Origin: Diadema antillarum
Taxonomy: Eukaryota
DNA: 64,000 nucleotides
Assembly: GCF_040938485.1 (NCBI RefSeq)
Contig: NW_027270907.1
Coordinates: forward strand, 2,356,001-2,420,000
Reading direction: 5' to 3'
Positions 35,692-48,376 of this stretch are shown here, one piece after another. The notes beneath the pieces were generated by a model. It saw nothing but the letters and a program-made list of their open reading frames with translations. It had not been told where the DNA came from and made no database searches. The position numbers were made by a program, and so were the translations under genes. The number at the start of each line of letters is the position of its first letter. Position 1 is the first letter of the stretch.

Positions 35692-38600
35692 ATGCAGATT
35701 TCATCAAATTTATTCATGTGCCCGGCGCTAATTCTGCTCCTATCAGTCGTGATACAATGTTTGACACTGACAGAAGCAAAGCTAAAGGAAGGTGAATGTG
35801 AAGGTAAGACTATTAGAGTATTAAAACGAGAGTGGCAGTGCAGTGGGGTGTATAGTAAATTAGCTAAATTCCTAACAGTGTAACACGTTAATCATGCTAA
35901 TCTCTGATATCTGATCTCTGTGCGAGTACTTTAGTTGCTGGCCAATTAGGTCCAGGGGAAATACTAGTACTAAGTAGTAGTATAATACTAAATTATTATG
36001 TTCAATGACATTGATGCAATTGTATGAATGATCAGTTCTCCCTATCGCATATAGCTCTCCGAATCTGAACACGTGTGGCGCTCTAATTTTTTAACCTTTT
36101 GGCTTTAATTCTTGGGATATAAACTTCCGGTTATGAAGGCGCGATGTGTAAATGTACGCTTTTATGCACATTGAACGCCGAAGTACTAGTATTCACAGTT
36201 CGTTTTAAATTCTGTCGAATAAAAATAGAGTTATTTTGTAATCTGTAACTTTACTCTGAATGGGATTCTTCCGCAAAGTGGCCCCATGAATGCTGGGCCG
36301 ATGATGCAAAACAACGAAATTATGGAAAATATCTAACAGGTTATAGATGAAGGACGTGACGTGGGTACACTGTAAACCGCAAAACCGGAAGTTTACGTCC
36401 CAAGAGCGATCGGTCAGATATCGGTATCGCATGGTGATATCACTTGATTTCGGCTATATGCGATAGGGAGAATTTCCTCTTCTTTTAAGTTTGGTTGGCA
36501 AGGTTGGTGCTATATTGAACTAACAGTTCGTAGAAGTTTAAAGTTTATTTAAAGTTTTTTATCCATGTCGATCTCAAAGCGTGACAAAGGCACCAGACTA
36601 ACGTTAGAAGTTAGAAGTTCACCGCTGTCTCAAAACTCACAGACCCAAACTATCTCTTCTAGTAATGTAGGCCCTAGCCCCTACGTACATTAGTCAGCGT
36701 TAGTAGACAAGAGTATAGCCTAAAACAATTGTTAAATTGAGAATACAAGACTATAAAGTCTACAGCAAAATCTGAGGATATAATGTTGTCCGCCCATAAT
36801 TATAATGCAACCATATTAAACGCCATCCAAAATTTCGATTGGCAACAACCTCACATGTAAAAAACTTTTTTTTTTTAATTTTATAGATGACAACAGAAAT
36901 ATAAAGAAACATCTGAAATCCTAGCCAATTATCATTCTGAAAGGGAGTGTTTCAAGCATTTGTAATATGGTTTGGCACTTGAGTGGGGGGGGGGGGGGGG
37001 GGGGGGCAGGCCTTTGACTGACACAGCATTTATTGGCTGACATTAAATGTTTCATGTTCAGGTTTCTTGATTGTTCAAGAGACACAAGCATGTCAACCCG
37101 TGTACCGGTATTTCTTTTTTCCGTGTCAAAGCCAACTGATATACATTTTATCTTCATTTCAAATACTGTGCTTCCATTTTTTTTTATTCACTTTTTGTTA
37201 GTCATCACTGATTCATTAAAGATAATTGTTTGTCTTGTAAAATAATGTTGAACTAAAACAAGAAAAGTATCAACAGATCTGTGCAAAAGCAGTACAGATA
37301 CCCCAGTATGTGACATCCAGTACACTGTATCTTCAAGACAGGACTTCAGGTGTACTTTCATGTTGTCGTTTTTTTTTATCTCCATCAGAACAAAAAAGTA
37401 TGTTAGATTATTTTAGTGTGTTTTATTTCAATCCTCAAATTATAACAACTAAGCATGCCTCATACTTGCATGTATTTTCGTTTTGTCTCTAGTGTGCCTG
37501 AGTGTAGTGCAGCAGTTGGAAAACATGATCACAGATGAGGACAGAAAAGATACAGCTGTCATCGAAAAGAAGATCAGAAAATTCTGCAAGGGAGCCAAAG
37601 GGAAAGAGAACAGATTTGTAAGTATCACTCAGGTTTGACTTCAGTATTGTTTGAGATACTGTACATTTTGTCACATTCAAATTGCCTTGAAGTGATGAAA
37701 TAATTGGTAATGTATAGAAATGCAGATCATCAGGTGTATGCATAACAACATCATGCACATCACCCCTTACTAAATTGTTAAAGGCAGTTGTTGAGGGGGA
37801 AATGTGTACAATGTACGTAATCATTCAATATTTGAGTTTTATCTCTTCACAATTTGATGGCATAACACAGAAAAAACAACAGGCTTGTAAAAGTGTTTAT
37901 TGATCTCTTTTTTCCCTCTCTTTCTTTTCTTTTCTCAACAAGAATACAATGTAGATTATTTACCTGCTGCACTGATGATCGTAAGTTGAGATGACCAGAG
38001 AATATGTTTTAATGTTGTCATTTTTCACTTGACTAAAATTGTATGTCCTGTTCCATGTACATTTTGTATTTCTGTAGTGTTACTACATGGGAGGCACGGA
38101 AGATGCTGCAACTGGGATGCTCAATGATCTGATAAAACCTCTGTCTGTCCCTCTGCCTGCCGATAGGATATGTAAGAAGCTCAATGCTAAAGACAGCCAG
38201 ATATGTGAGCTGAAATATGGTGAGTTTTGCTCCCAAATGGGAATAGATCAATGTAGTAATTCCTAGTATCAATGATGATAAGGTAAGGCTACAGATGTAT
38301 TTCCCTTTGAGGAAAATTCAAAGGGCCTTACTCTTGTCCTTGCAATTTAGTATGGTAGTTGTTAACATGTACAGCTGAAATAGAATAATTAAAAGGTTAT
38401 TCTTAAAGCAAAGTAAATCCAAAACAAAGAAACAAACACATGCAAAGGGTCTTTTGTCCTTGCTATTTAGTATGGTATTTGTTAACAGCTGTAATAGAAT
38501 AATTGCAAGGATAATATTTTAGATTTTAAAGCAAAGTAAATCTAAAGCAAAGAAAAAAAAAACATAAGAACACTCGTCCAAATTATATGAACATTATTGA

Positions 38601-40631
38601 TTAAGCACTTGAGATATAAAGATCCAGACATATAACTTTGCTGCTGTTTTACATATCAGTATGAATATCATTGTAAAAGAATATCAAACTACTCAGAGAC
38701 TCCAACTCTCCAGTTTTCGACGGGAGATCTCCCGCCGAAAACCCATTTTTGCAAAATCTCCCGTTCTCCCGCTGGAGATTTGATTCCTCCCGCCCTGGCT
38801 CTGTGTCTCCCGGTGGAAAGGATTTCTTACTTATTGATATCGTATGTTGAAAAATAAGCCTTAGATAGCACCAGAGAACATCTAGAACCCTAGGAACTTC
38901 GCGCTTCGCACACATCAACTTGGAGTCTCCCGTTTGCTAGGGGTTTCGGGCGGGAGAATCTCCAGATCAGAAGGTGCTTGGGGTTGGAGTCTCTGACTAC
39001 TTGTGTGGTTTTACAACACTATATCACAGGTTTAAAAGCTACAATGAAGTATTTGTGCAAAAACACACAGAAAATGTATTCATGTGAAGAGATTTGTTCT
39101 GAATGATGGAATGTGCATCTTTTGACATATTATTGATATGATGGAGTGGCAAACTGAAATGGCATTTTGATAATATTCTGAAGACCCATATAAATTGAAT
39201 ATACCAACATGGATACTAAAAGTGTGCCTCATGGATGTTTTCAACGACAGTGCCTCATGCATTGTATGTCTGCAGGTGACTCCCATTAAAACAAAGTCCT
39301 TGGGAGTGGCAGTGAAGTATACACTGTATAAATATATATAGATGATAAATGTGGGACCTGCTCTTTTACACGTTACTTCATTTCATGAGAATTTTGTTGC
39401 AACTGACTGACATTGAGAATTTTGTTATAACCATGTTTGTTAAAGGACAAGCTCACCTTCATAGACATGTGGGTCGAGTGAATGCAGCAATATTAGTAGA
39501 ATACATCAGTGAGAGTTTGAGGAAAATCCGACAATCCGTTCAAAAGTTATGAATTTTTAAAGTTTCTGTTCAGTCATGGCTGGATGAGAAGACTACTATA
39601 GCTTGTGATGTCACATGAGTACAACGGTATAAAGAAAGTATAATGAAAATTCACCTTATTTTCACTTTTCTCGCATAACAAAAGAACACTTGACTTCTCT
39701 CTTTCAGAAGACAAGGGGAATAATATTATCCATAACATACATCAGTAACAAGTCCAAGAAATGTGCACTTTATTCAAAAAGTAACATTTTGTGAAATTCT
39801 CTTTTTGTTTTCATTATATTGTTGTACGCATGTGACATCACACACTGTAGTAGTCTTCTCATCCAGCAGTAATTGCGCAGATACTTAAAAAATTAATAAC
39901 TTTTTAACAGATTATCGGATTTTCCTCAAACTTTCAGTGATGTGTTCTGCTAATATTGTTGCATTCACTCAATCCAAATGTACATGAAGGTGAAATTGTC
40001 CTTTAAAACAGGAGTGTGCTGCATTTTTATTCAACCCATGAAAGAAAATGGAAGAAAGCTTAGTTTGAAGTTGAGGACAAAATGATATGACAATGTCTAT
40101 TCAAGTAATTATACAATCATTCATGCGTGTACAAGAAAGCTGATTTTCCAATGTCATTCTTACATTTCTTCTTCCTATATGTAATTATCTATTTATTTGA
40201 ATAAAATGTTATTTTATGTATTCCTTTATTTGTTGTTGACATTGCTTCTGCCACTGCAAAATGTGTTATCAAACAAAATATTCCAAGCCGGTGATTGTAC
40301 TACTGTAGTGCAGTGTTTTTGCTATATTTGCTATTCATCATTGAATGGTTGGAATAGCTGATACATTCTGACTTGTTCTATAACTTAAAGCAATACTAAC
40401 ATGTTTTCTTCTGTTCGTCTTCTCTCTCTCTCTCTCTCTCTCTCTGTCACAGAAAAACAAATTGATTTGGATGCAGTAGATCTGAAGAAACTGAAAGTAA
40501 AGGACTTGAAGAAGATTTTGACTGACTGGGGAGAGAGTTGCAAATCCTGCTTAGAGAAGAACGATTTCATCGAAAAGATAGAAGAACTGAAGCCAAAGTA
40601 CTTCAGAAAGCAGCAAAAGCAGGAATTATAA
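35692..40631 (+). CDS. MANF: MANF/CDNF (ARMET) family ER-stress protein
   Basis: Exons 35692-35803, 37493-37617, 38078-38219, 40453-40631; 558 nt = 185 aa + stop. Signal peptide, then [71 protein letters not shown](CXXC)LEK.DFI, and a C-terminal KQEL. Confidence 0.96.
36036..36472. repeat. Inverted-repeat-bounded element in MANF intron 1
   Basis: Perfect 20-bp inverted repeat ttctccctatcgcatatagc (36036-36055 / 36453-36472), plus an inner inverted pair aaacttccggtt (36121-36132 / 36383-36394). No clear TSD. Confidence 0.7.
38694..38995. mobile_element. hAT-like MITE with 6-bp TSD
   Basis: Perfect 13-bp TIR CAGAGACTCCAAC, with ACTACT at 38688-38693 and 38996-39001. Confidence 0.8.
39444..40002. 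mobile_element. Kolobok-like non-autonomous element
   Basis: TTAA at 39440-39443 and 40003-40006. TIR AGGACAA(GC/TT)TCACCTTCAT, 17/19 match. Confidence 0.8.
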
Positions 40632-42675
40632 CTTTTGAGTAAAAGTAGAGAAGGCTATTTATTGATAGACTTTTACTTTTATATTGATTTAATTATTCAG
40701 TGTGTTGAAAGACAAGCCTTGTTTTTCAAGATATAATTGCAGACACATGCACAAATCCCAAACAGCAAGAAAAGAATTGGATAGTTGATAAATGAGGGAT
40801 GCTATTACATTGGAAATATAGTTGGAGAAGATTCTGATACTTGATTTATTACAACATGTATACTTACAGTACATTGTAAATGTGAATGTGTGTAAATACA
40901 TGTACTATACAGTAAGTACATACATTACTTGCAATTGAATGTAACAAGTGTTTAGTGACAAACAAGCATTTTTTGTTGTTAAAAAACTTGCGTAGTGGAA
41001 CAAAAAAATTAGGGCATTCAAAATGTACAAAAAACCCTAGAAAATCTGTATATTTTGTATCCATTTAAATTTTCAAAATTCAATTTTATGTCAAATTTTT
41101 GGAAAATTCTCTTACGTACTCTGTGTAGTAGTGTTGAAGATGCATGCTCAAGGGTTTGTGTAATACACATCAAATTGACAAGAAAGTACATTGAATTGAA
41201 ACATGAATTACATTTGCCTGCATGCTCTCTGTAGACAGGAAGAACAGTGCATCTTGATGTGGATGAACCTACCCATCAAATAGTTTGGACACAGAAATGA
41301 AAGAATGCTCACAATGGGAGAAAATATGAACTCTTCAGTTATACTTTCTTTAATGTACAGTGGACAGTCTGTTTCTGTGACACTGAATGTGCTGAATTCT
41401 GATCATTTAATGAACTCAGATGTATATATTTCAATCCAGGTTTTTTTTTTTTTTTTGTGGGAGCGGTTGGAGGGGTTGTTAAGTGCTTTATTGGAGAAAT
41501 TCTGTTTTTTTTTAATAGGCACTTGCGCAAATTTATCCAATTGCTTTAGAGCCGCTGTACCTTCGAGTTACTGAAGAAAAAATTACAGTGGAACCTCATA
41601 ATTATGAGCTGCTTCGAACCACTGAAATTTCCTTGATATATCGGCATTGGGTTTATCTTGCTTATATGTGGGATAAAAACAGGAGCATAAAAGGAATGGG
41701 AACTGCACAAATACCTCATTATCAACAGGTATTGCTATATCTGACCTCATAACGTGGTCCAACTGTATTTTACAATACATGTTCCCTATACAATTGTACA
41801 TCAAAATGCAGAAAATTTGCCATTGTACATAAGATAGTAAAAGCGAAATTTAGTCAAAACCTGCATTGTAATCTATGGGATTATAATAATTTAACTTCAC
41901 AAAATGAGTTTTCTGTACTGTTTTTATTTTGATTAAACACAAATGTCCATCTGGTCAAGATCAATTTCACTTGAATATATCGTGCATCTCAAACAGTTAA
42001 GAAAGGTGCAAAAGCTAGAAATGTTGGAAGCAATGATACAGTATGTCAAGGAATTGAAAGGCTTCTTGGGCAAAAAGACAAGTCATGATGAAATTCAACT
42101 TGTCCAAAGATGCAGGTACTATACTTGTGCCATTGAAATCAGACATGCATTTTTTCTCAGCGTAATGTGGTCTATACCTGTGTATGTACTTTGAGGGAAA
42201 AAAAAGGTAGTTGATAGCATCAACAAAGGAACGGGTAGAATTGTGCACTTTGATACATATTGTGATTCTTTAAAAACGTGACTGTAGAAGTTCCATGTTG
42301 ACTGATTACTGTTGTATGCATACTGTATTTGGCAATGGACAACTAGTACCAGGTATTCATTGCTCTGTGATGTGAAGGTGCATTATACGTGTACACTGAA
42401 GTTTGACTGCAGGTACTGTACATGTACTTATAAACATCCCTACGATAATTACACGTACTCTTGAGTGTTCATGCAGCACATACAAGTACTTCAGATGCAA
42501 TCTGATCCGTTGGCAATTCATTCTCAAGAAGCAACTACAGTGAACATGTATAAATTTAGAGAAATACACATGTACACTGTGTGTATCACTTGTAGCTTCA
42601 GTAGCATTCTGAGTAATGAGTCAGAAAGTTGGCAAATTACACATCGTCGAACTTTTCTGGTCCAGTATACTTGTA

Positions 42676-43119
42676 CAGTTGAACCTCTCTTATCCGGCCT
42701 CCCTTTATCCGGATCTCTCTATTATACAGACGCAATCTCACCGTGATTTTTTTTTTTTTTAATAATTACGGGAGGAAAGGGGGATTCCCAACTCCTTGAG
42801 AGCTCCTACACAAACACACATGAATTACATATACTTGATACATTTCTTAATAATCATTTAGGTAAATAATCCCAAGAATTTATAAAAGAAAATGATTTCC
42901 TTCTTGCAAACACGAACCTCTATTTTGGGGTCTGTTACTGAGTGTAACAATGAAAAGGTTGCAGTATACACATTACTACATGTGGTACTACAATGGGCTA
43001 CTGTACATGTGTATGTATATTATGTACATGTATAAAGCATTGAGTCTCCCGTATCCGGCCAAATCCCTTATCCGGATGAGCCCCGGTCCTGACTTGTCCG
43101 GATACGAGAGGTTCAACTG
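42676..43119. mobile_element. Tc1/mariner (pogo/Tigger-like) MITE, copy 2
   Basis: TA-cagttgaacctctcttatccgg ... ccggatacgagaggttcaactg-TA. Confidence 0.8.
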
Positions 43120-44738
43120 TATGTCAAGTGTGTCAACTTCTTGAAATATTAGATCAACTAGATTAGATCAAGTATGGGTTAGAGGAGGCAACATACATAT
43201 TCGGGCTTAAAATTCTGCAGAAGTAGAAGTTTTTGCGCATTTCACTTGTCCAAAAACCAGCACAAAATAAAAGTCTGTATTTTCGCTTTTTATATGTAAC
43301 TCTATTTGATGTTTTGATTCCATGGATTTAAAAAGACTTGAAATTCATCTTTCTGGGCCAGGGGTGAAAACTAACTCGAGTGCAAATTTCCACTTTTATT
43401 GAATAACAGCAAAAATTTGCATGCAAGTAAGTTTTCACTCTAACACCATGTAATCTCTTATTTTCAAGCAAATGAACTTGCTGAAGTGTAGCTGAAATTA
43501 GTTATTTTCAATGATTATGGCAAACATCTTTTGAGTACGCTTGTATACATATAGGCCTACCTATATGTGTGTGGTAAAAGAATGGATGCCACTGCGATCA
43601 CGGATTATTTTTCTTCCACAGGTCAAGTGTGAGTTTCACATTCCTCTTGTCCCTTTTCAATTGACTACAGATCAGAGGCTACGACTTTGGATAGTTTTTT
43701 GTTTTTTTTTTCAGGTTCCATTTTTTGGTTCATTAATTTTTAGCTACTTTTTTTCACACATGCCAAGAATTATGAAATGTATATCATTGCATTTGTATGT
43801 AAACTGTATATACATGTACTGTCTACAACTTTTAGCATTGATGTACATCAGTACATGTACTTGTACATACATATACTAAATATGCATTGTAATATATGCA
43901 TCTTGGATGGTCTTTGTGTACCAGCATACTGGCAATCAGTACAATACAGTACATTGTGCAGTGCGATGTATCAAAGTAATGCAGTGTGTATTTGTTGGTC
44001 ATCAAAACACAATTCAACTCTTCAAAGTGTCCTTTATGTGTATTTACAATTGTATCATACATTTACTGCTGTATAACTGAATAAAAGTATGCGTATTCTG
44101 TTTTCAGTATACAGTGTACTGTTTGTTTCTGCTCCAGTAAACTTGCATTGAAATTGAATGGATTAGAGATTACTCATCCACCACACTCATTGTGTGCTTG
44201 CAGTGTGCATACATGTTGTACATTATACAAATGTACAAGTGTATAAACAGGGATAACATTCATGATAGAGAAATCAAATTAAGGAACTTATAAGAAATAA
44301 GAGTTATGACCAAAGCATCTTTCATACTGTACCTGTCTACAGCAGGTCTCAAGTCGGGTTCTCTCCACTTTTTGTACAGTTACCCAAGTCACAACTGCTG
44401 GTACATGTATATCAAGATGTGTCACCTGTGCATTGCATTCATGTACAGCATGCCCACATAGAATGGTGGACAGTAATTAACATGGAACTGTCAGGGAATC
44501 ACAGAAGACACAGAAAGACATAAGATGAACAGTGTAAGTACAACTGTATAGTAACAGTTATTGTCTTTTTTTTTTCTTCTATTAAATAGAATGAGAACAT
44601 TCAGCCAGCTAGAAGTATGTGTATGTGTACTTTTCTATGTTGTGAATACCATGTAGTGGTACAGTACACAAGCTTGATGAGAGTGAAGTGACTTTTACAA
44701 AATAAACATAACATGCATTAACAAAAATACACATAATA

Positions 44739-44923
44739 CAGTCAACCTTGCTTAAGTCGATCTTGCATAAGTTGACTAATCGCTGAAGTCAAAGGTCTTT
44801 TCAAATCCTCTTCTCTTTATATTATATTGATTTTAATCCCTCATAGGTCTAATTTTCTTTATTAAAAGTCAAAGCTGTTTCTTCAGTCCAAATAGATTCA
44901 ACTTTTAAAGGCAAGGTTGACTG
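44739..44923. mobile_element. Tc1/mariner-like MITE
   Basis: TA-cagtcaaccttgc ... gcaaggttgactg-TA (13-bp perfect TIR). Confidence 0.75.
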
Positions 44924-45876
44924 TATTACCAAAGTCCTTATTTCCAACACAAGATAGAAGAGCAGAATAACAGCAATATGACAGACATGAATTACCTTTA
45001 AAACAAAACAAAAGCAATATTTCTAGAAAGAAAATGCATGTACACTGTATAATTAAATCCAACATAAAAAAAGAGATATTCAGAGTTTCCGGCTTTAGAA
45101 ACAGGGAGTTTTCTTAGCCTAACAGTTGTTGATGCAGACCCCAAGGACACTCCAAGGATGCCATTTAGAATGAAAGAATGGGCCTGAAAAAACATTGACA
45201 TAGAGGTACTTTGATACTACACGTACCAGGGCTTAAATTCAGGCTTTCGCCAAAAACTGGCATCCCTGAAATCTGGCATAAACTACCAAGAAAAAAATCA
45301 ACTACCGGTACATGTACACATGTAGATGAAAAGTCATGTGTATTTGATGAATTATTCAAAGCTAAACAGGTTAAAGGTTTCCATCTTTCTCAGTCACACA
45401 TAGCTTTAAAAAAAAAGAAACAAAAAAGAAACAAAAAGGCCTATACAGGTAATGGTTTTAGTGTACTTTCATTGATTTCATGGAAATGATTTTAGAACTA
45501 TGTCATACTTCCTATCACCAGCTGGTTCAGTATAAAAAAAAAATCAACATAAATATACAATGCACAAAGAATTGCCTAACTGATTGCCTACATCATAAAC
45601 CAAAGAAACAAGACATTGTCAACCATTCCCTCTTGGACTGGATTATGGACTTCGCAGGCGAAATTTCTGATGTTTTTCTGGCACTGTAGTTATCAGCAAA
45701 GTATGAGTGCGCCAGACGTATCAAATTACACCTACATACATATGCATTAAATGAGATCAACTTCTAAGAAAATCATGTATTGTACTGCATAACCAAAGTT
45801 TTATGTCATGAAGTCATATTAATACAATATAGTTATACTAAGTACAATATGTATTACAATGTAAGTCTTCATACAA

Positions 45877-46818
45877 TCATAAAGCAACAGATGGTAATGT
45901 AACATTTTTGCTTTCAAATGCAACCAGAGAACACTGTTTGAATGCTTGAATTCGCTCTTTGATTTCTTCTTTCCACTGCAAAATTACCTCATTTAGACTT
46001 GATGACAAACATTCTGGAGCACTGAATGAGTAAACAACATGCTCTTTTTTCTGCATGATACAAGTGTTGCTTGGGTGCTCATTTTTTATGGATGGAAAGC
46101 TTTCAAACGTAAAATTGCATATGCACTTGTGAACACATAATGGAGTGTAGGAGAGACAGTTTCCATGGACATCCACTTCATACCAATACAGTACAGGATA
46201 GCCCAACAGTAAACCAAACACTGTCGTGAGATTCCATTCACTACATGAGAGATTCACCACATCTCCAGAATCTCTTTCAACCTGAAACACAACATCCCTT
46301 GCAGCCAGAGCAAAGTTTGAAATATCCTCTTGGCTCGCTATCTTTGGCTTCTCTAATGCCCCAGTAACATCCACCAGAAGTGCAGAGAACTGAGATGTTC
46401 GACATGTTGATACATCAACAGTGTCGTAGTTGTCACTATCCATCACATTGTTGACTGGAGTTAATGTAGTCAAGAACTTCCTTATATTCTTCAACAGCAA
46501 TAGTCTGTTAACAAATATAATGTCATCATGCAATATCAAAGTAATGTACTGTGTCCCTTGCACAACACTGCTATCTTCTGCAACTTCACTTTGTTGTGCT
46601 TGTACAAGTGGAGAAGGTTTCTCAACATTTACACAACATAATGGTTTGACGATATCGCTTGCAAATCTTTGCAAAGATTCTGGTTTACATGGAGGATAGT
46701 CATATAAAAAAGCTGGCTTGACTCCACCTATAACACTAGAAATGTCACACACTATTTCTTTCCAATGTTTGCTAGCTGCTCTTCCAAGATAACTTCTTGT
46801 TGCCGATTGTAAGTTCAT
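45877..46818 (-). CDS. C1orf74: UPF0739 protein C1orf74 homolog (DUF4504), single coding exon, 313 aa
   Basis: Uninterrupted ORF with the family motifs GVKPAFLYD, WNLTTVFGLLLGYPVLY, NCLSYTPL, VYSFSAPE and C-terminal VTLPSVAL. Confidence 0.9.
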   Translation of the reverse strand: MNLQSATRSYLGRAASKHWKEIVCDISSVIGGVKPAFLYDYPPCKPESLQRFASDIVKPLCCVNVEKPSPLVQAQQSEVAEDSSVVQGTQYITLILHDDIIFVNRLLLLKNIRKFLTTLTPVNNVMDSDNYDTVDVSTCRTSQFSALLVDVTGALEKPKIASQEDISNFALAARDVVFQVERDSGDVVNLSCSEWNLTTVFGLLLGYPVLYWYEVDVHGNCLSYTPLCVHKCICNFTFESFPSIKNEHPSNTCIMQKKEHVVYSFSAPECLSSSLNEVILQWKEEIKERIQAFKQCSLVAFESKNVTLPSVAL

Positions 46819-47607
46819 TATGTATCATTCACCAGATCATTCTGTTTCAACTTGGAAAACACTGTAAATCCTGCATGTGCACTTCCAACTCTCAGCAGAC
46901 GAGCCCAACGTCAGTGAGTGGCGATTGTGATAACCTCCGAATTTGTCAAGCACTTTTCGATTGAGCTGACGAGCTGACGCAGCAGGGATCTAAATGTACA
47001 TCACATTAATTGTATCTACCTTGCACTTGCAGTGCAGTGCCAGAATGTGCTTCACTATGTTCCAAACAAGCTGCCCTTTCTTGTTGGGCTCTTGCCTGTA
47101 ACATACAAAGTGTAGTGGTTCATGCGGATGGAGTGAAGACTTGGATTCTGATCCTATAGGCCTACAGCTCAATGAACATTAGCCCGACCAGATGTCATGC
47201 AAGTACAGACGTGTTTGATGTGTAGAGGCACTCGAGGCAGGGGTGTAAACCTGTGTAAAGTTAATTGAACATAAACCTGTTTAAAGGGATGGTATAGGTT
47301 GTTTTTTTTCAAATGATAGAATGTATTGATTTCTCGAAGCAACATAATTATACAGAGGATGGATGAAATACAAAATTATTACTTCAACACAAAGCCATTT
47401 CTTTGGTACAAACAATATAAACACTTATCTATGTTTTTCATGTTTTTCTTTCAGATATTTAAATAACTCCTTACTAACAAACATACTATAAAGGGTCATA
47501 CATGTGAGGATACCCACTAATGCAAACATGACTTTATATACCCAACCAAAAATGGTTTGGCAGGGACCTCCAAAAACAACTGATTATGACAGCCCTCCTC
47601 CGTAGTG

Positions 47608-48330
47608 CCCCCCCCCCTCCAGATCTCGGCCATCGACCGCGCGATCACGCCGAAAATTGGCACACACATTGCCTATGATGTAATCTAATATACCATGAAG
47701 TTAATTTTTCAAAAAAAAAAATCATCATTTATGCTAAATTATGCTAATTTATGCATGATAATGCATAAAATCAGACTATTTGGTATAAATCACAAAATAA
47801 AGCTCAAAACAGGCACATTTTTTGTGTAAATATTCTTTTTAGTGTCCTTAGCAAATGTAATAAAAAAAATTGTGATATCAGAAAAAATTCTTAAGCATTT
47901 TATTGTTTTTTTAATTTCTTATGTATTTCCTTGTTTTTTCGACTTTATGTTTTTCATTGTTTTTTCGATGAAATTTGTCCGCGACATCGCTCCGAACAAG
48001 AAAATATGTTATTCATTGATTTTAATCAATAAAACACCAAAATAATCATGCTTTTATGAAATTTGCCAGTAAGTATAGGGTCCTACAGTTTGCATTGAAA
48101 TTGTACACGAATTAACGTTTTTGAGCAATTTTTGGTCTGACATGCATGTACATATTTATGCATAACTTCGGAACCGCGCGCCCGGGCGTCACAAATTTGG
48201 TGTCAAAAGATGCGGGAGACTCGAAAAAAAAAAGTCATGAAACGTCGCGGCGATAGCTTTTTGCGATTGCGATACATTGCGCGGAATGTCGAGGGGGGGC
48301 CTCGGAAGGCCCCCCCCGGCCTAGTTAGGG
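47608..48330. mobile_element. piggyBac-like non-autonomous element C, one end lost
   Basis: Right end ...ctagttaggg-TTAA (48331-48334). The interior (agatctcggcc...cgcgcgat, catgcataaatatg-like blocks) matches element B in reverse. It abuts a Kolobok-like 5' end starting near 47281. Confidence 0.65.
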
Positions 48331-48338
48331 TTAATGCT

Positions 48339-48376
<38 letters not shown>

